Shown piece after piece: positions 57,066 through 64,000 of a stretch of 64,000 bases of DNA. This stretch comes from Candidatus Delongbacteria bacterium (GTDB taxonomy: Bacteria; CAIWAD01). The stretch is taken from positions 2,912,001-2,976,000 of the forward strand of contig OY760505.1 in the NCBI GenBank assembly GCA_963663545.1. The letters run 5' to 3'. The notes beneath the pieces were generated by a model, which saw only the letters and a program-made list of their open reading frames with translations, was not told the origin of the DNA and did no database searches. The position numbers and the translations under genes are program-made. The first letter of the stretch is position 1, and each line of letters begins with the position of its first letter.

Positions 57066-59224
57066 TAACTAAACTTCTGCAGGCGTCTGCGCAAATCTTC
57101 CAGAATTCGCTCGATACTTTTCACGCCTGTCTGAACCTGATCGGCGCTGCCGCTGGTTTCCCGGGTTAGCACATCCATTTTCTGGCTGGCACCGGCGATG
57201 CTGTTGCCGGTTTGATTGGCCTGCTCAGCGTTCATGCCGATCTCGCCCGTCGCCACGCGCTGCTCTTCAACGGCGGAAGCGATGGACTGCAGGTTCTCGT
57301 TGATCTGGCGTATCACACCGCCCACATTACTGAAGACTTCGACGGCAGCGGAAGTCTGTTCCTGAATCTCGGTGACCTTGTCGGTGATGTCGCTGGTGGC
57401 TTCCGCCGTCCGCTGCGCTAGGCCTTTCACTTCTTCGGCCACCACACTGAAGCCCTTGCCCGCTTCGCCAGCGCGTGCTGCTTCAATGGTGGCGTTCAGT
57501 GCCAGCAGGTTGGTCTGGCCAGCGATCTCATTAATCAGCTCCACGACCTCGGTGATCTTGTTGCTGCCTTCCTGCAGCAAGTTGAATGTGCCCTGCGCCT
57601 GCTCCGTCAGCTCATTGGCTTGTTCCGCAACACTGGCGGCGCCCGAGGAAACGCGGGCAATTTCACCGATGGAAACAGTCAGCTCCTCGGTGGCGGAGGC
57701 AAGTCCGCTGACGGCTTCACGCAAGTAGCGCGCCTGGGAATCAAGATCTCCGGCCTGTTCGGCACCGCTGCTCGCCTTGCTCTGCAGACTCTCACTGATG
57801 ATGCACATTTCCTGAGTGGCCGTCACAACTTGTTCTGCACTGGTTTCGGTGGCCTGCACCAGCTCGAACAGGCTTTTCTGCGCCGTATCCAGACCGGTGA
57901 AGAGCTGGCCGATCAGTTCGCCTTCGTAGCTGGGCAGCGGCTGATTCAGATGCCCGGCGGCCAAGCCATCGATGTAGCCCAGGAACTCGTTCACCCTACA
58001 TTCAAGATGCTCGTGCTGTTTGCGCATACTCTGCAATGCATCAAACACTTTGTCCATCAGGACCTGGAAGGAGCCACCCAGACGGCCCACTTCATCGTCG
58101 CGGTTAAGGATGCTGGAGGGCAGGTGCTGGCGATGCTCGTGATCCTCCAGGTGCGCGGCTACATTGGCGGCTTCTTCTGTGAGAATGCGAATTGGCTGTG
58201 TCACACGCGTCGCTCGCCAGGCGGTGACAAGGCTCACGGCAATCATCATGGCCAGAATCAACCCGATGGACGACTTCTGCGTTTTAGCCAACAAGGCCTG
58301 TTGCGGCGATGTATCACGGGCCAAAGCGACAACACCAATTGTGGAGCCAGCGTAATCGCGAATGGGGAAGACGCGTATGGCGTAGTTGTCCGCGTGGTAA
58401 ATGGTCGTTAGTGAACTGTGACCGGCTTCGAGCATCTCCGGTTGAACCACCGCGCTAATGGTACTGGCATCGCTAGTGCTGACTAGCACGAAATTGCCCA
58501 AGTGCGGGTTCTTCTTCTTGTCCTGCAGCGAGGTGGCCACGTCCAGGAGGCTGCTGTTCATGAACACGCCGTACTCGCTCCACTCATCCTGCTTCAGCTG
58601 GTTACTTACCATGTCGAAGCTGTAGAGCATTTCCAGCGAGCCCAAATGGCGTCCATCATCGGCTGTAATAGGAACAAGACCGCGAATGGCGAATCCACCG
58701 CGCCCCACTTCGATACCACGCAGCGGTTTGTGATCGCCCTGGTTGATTGTTTTCACCGTGGCGCGGAAGCTGCTGATATCATCGGACTCATCGCGCCCGC
58801 TCAGCGACTGGGTTTTGCGCCAACAGCGCAGGAAGCTGCGCGCATTGGGCAGGTGGTAGTGCAACTGGTAGGCCTCATCCTGAACGCTGCCCACACCGGC
58901 CATAAACCCCTGCATGTACTGGCGCAATTCCAAGCGCGCGCGGTGCACATCCAGGTCGGCGGGATCGTCGATGTTTCCTTGCAGCGCCTCGGCGTATGCC
59001 TTCTGCACCACTTCAAGGTGCGAGAACAGAGCCGCATGCCGCAGAGCCTCGATCGAGATCTGTTCGATGGAGGCGTAGGTGTTAGCCATGTCCTCTCTAA
59101 ACTGCCCATCCAATTGATTCTCTACCAGAGCGTTCATGCTGTGGCTCACCGTCAGTACCAGAAAGACGCCAAAGGCTAGCAGGGACAGAAGGATGGGGAG
59201 GATGATTTTTGCCCGAATCGACAT
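57062..59224 (-). CDS. Methyl-accepting chemotaxis protein with double-Cache sensor and HAMP
   Basis: TM-sensor(SFLR..DDISSFR..GIEVG)-TM, DEVGRL, IAGQTNLLALNATIEAARAGEAGKGFSVVAEEVK. Confidence 0.92.
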   Translation of the reverse strand: MSIRAKIILPILLSLLAFGVFLVLTVSHSMNALVENQLDGQFREDMANTYASIEQISIEALRHAALFSHLEVVQKAYAEALQGNIDDPADLDVHRARLELRQYMQGFMAGVGSVQDEAYQLHYHLPNARSFLRCWRKTQSLSGRDESDDISSFRATVKTINQGDHKPLRGIEVGRGGFAIRGLVPITADDGRHLGSLEMLYSFDMVSNQLKQDEWSEYGVFMNSSLLDVATSLQDKKKNPHLGNFVLVSTSDASTISAVVQPEMLEAGHSSLTTIYHADNYAIRVFPIRDYAGSTIGVVALARDTSPQQALLAKTQKSSIGLILAMMIAVSLVTAWRATRVTQPIRILTEEAANVAAHLEDHEHRQHLPSSILNRDDEVGRLGGSFQVLMDKVFDALQSMRKQHEHLECRVNEFLGYIDGLAAGHLNQPLPSYEGELIGQLFTGLDTAQKSLFELVQATETSAEQVVTATQEMCIISESLQSKASSGAEQAGDLDSQARYLREAVSGLASATEELTVSIGEIARVSSGAASVAEQANELTEQAQGTFNLLQEGSNKITEVVELINEIAGQTNLLALNATIEAARAGEAGKGFSVVAEEVKGLAQRTAEATSDITDKVTEIQEQTSAAVEVFSNVGGVIRQINENLQSIASAVEEQRVATGEIGMNAEQANQTGNSIAGASQKMDVLTRETSGSADQVQTGVKSIERILEDLRRRLQKFSY

Positions 59225-59335
59225 GTGGGACTCCACAATTGAGGGGTACGGGCAGCAGTGCGGGAAACAGTGCAGTTTCGATACCAGGGGTATCGGTTAT
59301 TGCACAGTGTGAATTTACCGCGAATAATTCCTGAT

Positions 59336-62011
59336 TCAGCGGATGTGGAAGCGCAGGCCAACTCCTTCGGCAAAGTCGTAGCCAAGATCCACCAGCAGGC
59401 TGTCCTGCAGGCTTAGCAGCTTTAGGCGGCCATTGTGTCCCATCTCGTCTGGGGCATATCCGCGCAGCCACCAGTGCAGAATCATGCCGTCCTCGGCGCT
59501 GTCACGGCAGTGGAATTCGTAGGCGCCCGGTGCGAGCTGCAGCGTGTCACGCGTGGTTGCGCCGTCCTCAAAGGAATCGCGTGCGGCTACACGATCTCCG
59601 GCTTCGTTCAGGATGTACCAGCTGTTCTCGGCAGCGCGGCCCTGGTCGGGCGAGAGCGTCTCTACCACAAACTCGCCTGGCAGGAATTGCAGGGGTCGCG
59701 GATGGGAATAGAGGCAGTCGTTCCAGGGTGCGGCGTCCTTTCTGCCGTTGACACCCTCAATGCGTGCGAAGAAGAGCTGCTCGTCCGCGCCGCCAAGCCA
59801 GTCAAGGGCGGGCAGCTGCAGCTGCAGCGTGTCACCTTCGGCCAGTTCGCCACGCCAGGCGTATTCCTCTTGCGGGCCGTTATTCAATCCGTAGCGAATG
59901 CGCAGCAGGGTTACGACTTCACAGCCGCGATTGGCCACACGAATGATGGCCTCGCGTGATACAGGGTTGTAGCGGCGGAATTCGTCGGCATCGCTGGGGG
60001 CGATGATCTCGTCCAGGGCGGCATCCAGCGAGCGTTGGCAGGGGCCGTACTGCAGGAACTGGTGCTCGATGATGTAGCGTCCATCCTCTTCACCGCCCGT
60101 GTCGGCGTAGTCCTCAATGAAGTAGTCGACGGCCACCAGAGTGTCGCGTAGTGCACTCGCGGGCAGCTGGTTATCGCGTGTGTCGACGAAACTGCCTGGA
60201 CACCAGCCAGCGCGATCGAACTGCCAGGTGCCACCCTGCGGCTGAATGGGATTGTCGCCGCAGTTGCGCCAGATAGTCCAGGCTTCCCAGGGACGTCCGT
60301 TCAACAGCAGGCCATGTTCCTTGGGTGCCCATTCGCAGCAGTTGTCAGGGCCGTAGTGTCCGTGACCCGAAATGCGCGAACGTATCACGGCGCGCTCCGT
60401 CTGCGGGAGCAGAGACAGCAGCACAGTAGGTAGTTCCAGGTTATCGGCCAGATCGCGATAGATGTATTCGCCGCCGGGCCAGATGTTGTCACACGCCAGC
60501 AGTTCCCGCGCAGGCTTGCCCTTGATGAAGCAGAAGCGCAGATCCAGTAACTCGTAGCCGTTGTGGGCTTCAAGATCTACGCTGCCCTGCAGCAGGCCCA
60601 TGTAGGCACTGACATCGCGAATCATGGTGTAGCCGTCGTCACCAAGGTCCAACCCACCTCCATATGGAGTGATGTAGCGTGCCAGTTCCACGGGCTCGAT
60701 AACAGCGTGAGGCGCATCATACCAAGCGCGTGTTACATTGTGCAGTGTGTCCGAGACGGGTAGCTCAAACTCGCGCAGCAGTTGTCCCTTTCCACTGAAA
60801 AGGGCACTCTGCGGCAGCCACGCGAGTCGTGATCGTGTCACACGATCCGGATGATCTTCGTCCTCGAAAAAGCGGATCTCGCGGGGAGCGCGCAGCAGGC
60901 TATCTACGCGAAGCTCCGCCCGCGGACCGGGTTTCAGGTCGGTGCGGCCTTCGACCCCGAAAGGACGCAATTGTGGTTGACCGGCGATTTCTGCATCCCA
61001 GCCGTGGCCGCTATCATCGTGAAGTCGGTTCTCTATCACACTGTCGCAGCTGTAATACGCGCATAGATAGGGTTGCAAGGCTGCTGTATCACCGCGAAAC
61101 CAGTTCATGGCCTGGGCGCTGTCGAGGGCCGCATCAAAAACAGCGATTTCGTCCAGCGAACCAGCATACCAACCGCCGTTGGCGTTGCAGTTTGCGCCAA
61201 GAATGAAGCGGGTAATGTCCTGGATGCTGCGGTTCATATCCGCAGCTTTATGCCATAACTCACCGTTGATGTAAATGCGCATTTCTGCACTACGGCAGTC
61301 CTTGACAAAGGTCCACTGATTCCACCGCCCTTTCCACAATTCGGCGGGAGCTTCCCTTTGCAGTCGGTTGTTGTTGCCCTGCTTGCGTCCACCTGCTTCC
61401 CAGTAGACCTCACCCGTTCCCCAGGGCAGGTGCACGCTGAGCACGCGGTCCCCTTCTGCACAGGCTTCAAACAGGTGATCATTTTGCGGCTGGGCCGGGC
61501 TTCCCATTAGCCAGCAGCTGATGCTGAGAGCTGAGTCGGCACTGGCCAGAACGCCCGCAGGGATCTCCACGTAATCCTGGTCGGAGAAACGCAGGTAGTG
61601 ATCGCCTGGTGCTGCGGGTGCTGGATTATGCCAGTACTCGTAGTACTCATAGACCGGTGTATCACAAATGGGAAGTTCGGCAGGACTGCGGCCATCAATC
61701 TTGAAAAGCGACTGCTCATGACGCACACTGTCCAGCTGGCCGGTGTCACGCCAGACGCGGGTGTACGTGGTCACATCCCATTCGCCGCATGGATACTTGT
61801 CGCCGGGAGTACGATCATCGCACTTGATGGTGTAATACATCAACACGCGATCCCATTCCCCATCCGCGGGAAAATTAAACTTGGCCCGGCGGCATTCAAT
61901 GGAATCGAAGGTGAAGGTCTGTACCCACAAACTATCACCCGGGCGTGATACCGCACATGTGGTGATACACAGCTGAAGTATCATGATGATGAAGGGTAAT
62001 ACAGTGCGCAC
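59336..62011 (-). CDS. Secreted LamG + peptide-N-glycosidase F-like domain protein
   Basis: GTG 62011 after GGAGG; CGEWD, LamG (IYING, GSLDEIAVF), ELARYITPYG, SGHG, CCEW, QGGTWQFDRAGWCPG. Confidence 0.8.
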   Translation of the reverse strand: MRTVLPFIIMILQLCITTCAVSRPGDSLWVQTFTFDSIECRRAKFNFPADGEWDRVLMYYTIKCDDRTPGDKYPCGEWDVTTYTRVWRDTGQLDSVRHEQSLFKIDGRSPAELPICDTPVYEYYEYWHNPAPAAPGDHYLRFSDQDYVEIPAGVLASADSALSISCWLMGSPAQPQNDHLFEACAEGDRVLSVHLPWGTGEVYWEAGGRKQGNNNRLQREAPAELWKGRWNQWTFVKDCRSAEMRIYINGELWHKAADMNRSIQDITRFILGANCNANGGWYAGSLDEIAVFDAALDSAQAMNWFRGDTAALQPYLCAYYSCDSVIENRLHDDSGHGWDAEIAGQPQLRPFGVEGRTDLKPGPRAELRVDSLLRAPREIRFFEDEDHPDRVTRSRLAWLPQSALFSGKGQLLREFELPVSDTLHNVTRAWYDAPHAVIEPVELARYITPYGGGLDLGDDGYTMIRDVSAYMGLLQGSVDLEAHNGYELLDLRFCFIKGKPARELLACDNIWPGGEYIYRDLADNLELPTVLLSLLPQTERAVIRSRISGHGHYGPDNCCEWAPKEHGLLLNGRPWEAWTIWRNCGDNPIQPQGGTWQFDRAGWCPGSFVDTRDNQLPASALRDTLVAVDYFIEDYADTGGEEDGRYIIEHQFLQYGPCQRSLDAALDEIIAPSDADEFRRYNPVSREAIIRVANRGCEVVTLLRIRYGLNNGPQEEYAWRGELAEGDTLQLQLPALDWLGGADEQLFFARIEGVNGRKDAAPWNDCLYSHPRPLQFLPGEFVVETLSPDQGRAAENSWYILNEAGDRVAARDSFEDGATTRDTLQLAPGAYEFHCRDSAEDGMILHWWLRGYAPDEMGHNGRLKLLSLQDSLLVDLGYDFAEGVGLRFHIR

Positions 62012-62081
62012 GCGGGACCTCCGGGGCTTGATGTGAGATACTCCAAAGTACAACAAACGCAGACAGAGGATGCGCAAGCGC

Positions 62082-63695
62082 TTATTGCGAAATTTCCGTG
62101 TCACGTTTGATCAGACGCCAGGCGATCCAGGTCTGTAGGCAGGACAGCAGCAGAAACCAGACTGTCCAGAGTGGAACTCCCAGCGCGCTCGGCGAAGAAG
62201 CTGACCAATTCCAGAAATCGTGAGCCAGTAGAAAGAGGAGTCCCAGTTGCCACCATTCGGGCGCGATGCGTGGCAGGCTGATGCGCAGTTTGCCGTTGCG
62301 GTACTCCAGCGCCAGGTGACACATGAGGTAGAGAAGGGTGCTCGCCGCTGTGATCCAGACAACGGGAAGAACGGGGCCGGGCTGCAACAGGTGAAAGTGA
62401 AAGAGCAGCAGCAGACCTTCACCGGTTAGCAAACTGAGAATGGCTGCCAAGGGATAAACTCGCGGGAAATACAGGCCGAAAGCGACGATTGGAAATAGGA
62501 CGGCCAGACCACTGAAGGTCTGGGTCGCGATGGCAAGAATGGTATCGGACGGATGGAGAGCCAGTGCCAGACCCGCAAAGGCCAATAGTGCGGCGGCCAC
62601 GCGCCCGGTAGCGCCCCTGTTGCGCCATTTGCTCTTCGCAGGGAGCAGGTCGCGGGAAAAGATAGATCCTAGTGTCAGCAGCTGGCTATCCATGGTGGAC
62701 ATCAGCGCTGCCAGGCCAGCGGCCACCACAAGTGCGGCCATTGTATCACCGCCGAGACTGTTCATCAACATGGGAAGGATGCTGTCCGCCTCTTTGCCGC
62801 TGAGGGCGGGAAATTGCAAACGTCCCAGTACACCAATGCAGACGGGCAGGAGAAAGACCAGTGAGCAGATCAGCGGGTAAAGCAGCATGGTGCGGGCAAT
62901 GCCACGCTCGGAGCGTGCTGCGTAGAAGCGCTGGAACAATTGCGGAAACATCGGATCACAGAGGAACCACAGCAATAGGTAGCTGAACCAGATCCCCAGG
63001 GTATAGCGTCCACTACCGCCCGGCCTGGAGAACAGCTCCGGGAAATTGGCATGGATCTCAGCAGCAGCGTGAGACGGCCCACCGTTGTGTATCACAATCA
63101 TCACGAGTGATGCGATCAGCAACAGCAGCATCAGAACGCCTTGCATGAGATCGGTCCAAGCCACCGCGCGCAGACCGCCGCGCAGTGTATAAAGCAGAAT
63201 CAGTACCGTGACCGACGTGGCTCCCCAGGTGTAGGGTAAACCCAGTAGCTCCTGTAGTGCGTACCCCGCCGCCATCGGCTGCAAGGCCAGATAGGGAAGT
63301 GTGAACAGCACCATTACCACTGCAAACAGGCGTGTCAAAAGTGGACTGTGATACAAGACGGAAATCAACTCCGGTGGTGTAATCAGCTGGTGTTCCTGTC
63401 CGAGTTTCCAGATGCGTCGTCCAAGCAGCCAGAAAGAGAGCGCCATGAAGCCGGTGCCGAAACCCATGATGGGGTAAAAGGCAAATCCGTCTCGATAGCC
63501 TGCGCCCGAGCAGCCAAAGACGGTGAAAGCCGAGAAGTTCGTGGCGAGCATGGTTCCTGCCAGCACGAGCGTGCCAAGCCCGCGATCCGCCAGGAAGTAA
63601 TTGGCTGGACTGCTGTTCCAGCGTGTGCGCGTAAACCAACCGATTAGCAATAGGACAAGGGCATAAGCGGCAAGAATCAGAATGCGAGTGCTCAC
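62082..63695 (-). CDS. Sodium:solute symporter (SSS family) with extra C-terminal two-TM segment
   Basis: YFLADR, ATNFSAFT, GGLRAVAWTD, FQRFYAA, AALMSTMDSQLL. Confidence 0.9.
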   Translation of the reverse strand: MSTRILILAAYALVLLLIGWFTRTRWNSSPANYFLADRGLGTLVLAGTMLATNFSAFTVFGCSGAGYRDGFAFYPIMGFGTGFMALSFWLLGRRIWKLGQEHQLITPPELISVLYHSPLLTRLFAVVMVLFTLPYLALQPMAAGYALQELLGLPYTWGATSVTVLILLYTLRGGLRAVAWTDLMQGVLMLLLLIASLVMIVIHNGGPSHAAAEIHANFPELFSRPGGSGRYTLGIWFSYLLLWFLCDPMFPQLFQRFYAARSERGIARTMLLYPLICSLVFLLPVCIGVLGRLQFPALSGKEADSILPMLMNSLGGDTMAALVVAAGLAALMSTMDSQLLTLGSIFSRDLLPAKSKWRNRGATGRVAAALLAFAGLALALHPSDTILAIATQTFSGLAVLFPIVAFGLYFPRVYPLAAILSLLTGEGLLLLFHFHLLQPGPVLPVVWITAASTLLYLMCHLALEYRNGKLRISLPRIAPEWWQLGLLFLLAHDFWNWSASSPSALGVPLWTVWFLLLSCLQTWIAWRLIKRDTEISQ

Positions 63696-63724
63696 GGCTT
63701 ACCTGGACCTTCATTTGTAGCACA

Positions 63725-63753
63725 GAGAAAAAAGAGCCCCGCTGGGCGGGGCT
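63725..63753 (-). terminator. Rho-independent terminator
   Basis: Minus strand AGCCCCGC-CCA-GCGGGGCT-CTTTTTTCT. Confidence 0.8.
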
Positions 63754-63774
63754 GTAATCATGGGCAAGATAGTG

Positions 63775-64000
63775 TCATTCTGCACTAAGACTGACAACTC
63801 GGTAGAGATGCACGCCTTCCTGCTGTCGCACCACCCATTCACAGGCTTCTGTTTCTGCCAAGGGCAACCAATCGCCGCCCATGTTGTAGCACACATCAAT
63901 TCGGTAGGAGCTCGCACTCTGTGCCGCACCCCAGCTCAGAAGCACCGTGCCATTGCGTTGTGGTGTAAGGAGTAGATCCTCTACCGGTTGCACTTGCGCA
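63775..64000 (-). CDS. 3' end of a CDS running off the window (Fn3-like C-terminal domain of a probable secreted protein)
   Basis: Frame open to the window edge; VLLSW...ASSYRI...HLYRVVS pattern; followed by a terminator. Confidence 0.6.
   Translation of the reverse strand, partial: AQVQPVEDLLLTPQRNGTVLLSWGAAQSASSYRIDVCYNMGGDWLPLAETEACEWVVRQQEGVHLYRVVSLSAE

Larger units (their letters stand above)
900..63354. repeat. Dispersed, highly iterated heptamer GTGATAC/GTATCAC (wider family GTRWYAC)
   Basis: By eye about 51 GTGATAC and 46 GTATCAC (e.g. 900, 944, 3174, 4058, 4788, 4826, 5910, 6069 ... 61945, 61962, 63089, 63348), plus about 38 GTGACAC/GTGTCAC. Confidence 0.9.

Noticed and set aside
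900..63354. Heptamer as Chi/KOPS, matS/parS, CRISPR repeat or transcription-factor site
   Set aside because: Orientations are about equal, there are no full matS or parS palindromes and no regular spacers, and nearly all copies lie inside CDSs.

Overview
Bacterial chromosome window, roughly 58% GC by eye and densely coding. Its gene content is FCB-superphylum-like: a GWxTD protein, secreted proteins with C-terminal 'YPNPFNP' sorting/FlgD-Ig domains, YfhO and an extended SppA. The exact taxon cannot be determined from the sequence. It holds a long co-directional housekeeping run (tal, htrA, purC-like, psd, pssA, purS, purQ, tatC, gatA, gatB, smc, GWxTD, NatAB-like ABC with YihY, folB, folK, dNK, RNase E/G, rplU, rpmA). 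This is followed by a minus-strand block of secreted proteins, a surface-glycan cluster, sppA, tRNA-Glu(CTC), a CLC protein and assorted enzymes and transporters. No transposase, integrase, CRISPR array, rRNA or reverse transcriptase was seen. The most striking unexplained signal is a highly iterated, near-palindromic heptamer, GTGATAC/GTATCAC. I count about 97 copies by eye against about 6 expected from base composition, plus about 38 copies of the related GTGACAC/GTGTCAC. It sits inside coding sequence in several reading frames and in both orientations, and is absent from discrete blocks, which resembles a HIP1- or DUS-like chromosome-wide marking system. Other points of interest: an exact 141-bp in-frame tandem duplication in RNase E/G (possibly an assembly artefact), two small membrane ORFs whose likely starts the ORF track does not show, PurC, TrpF and SMC homologues with altered conserved residues, a sodium:solute symporter with an apparently fused partner subunit, and a candidate structured RNA.
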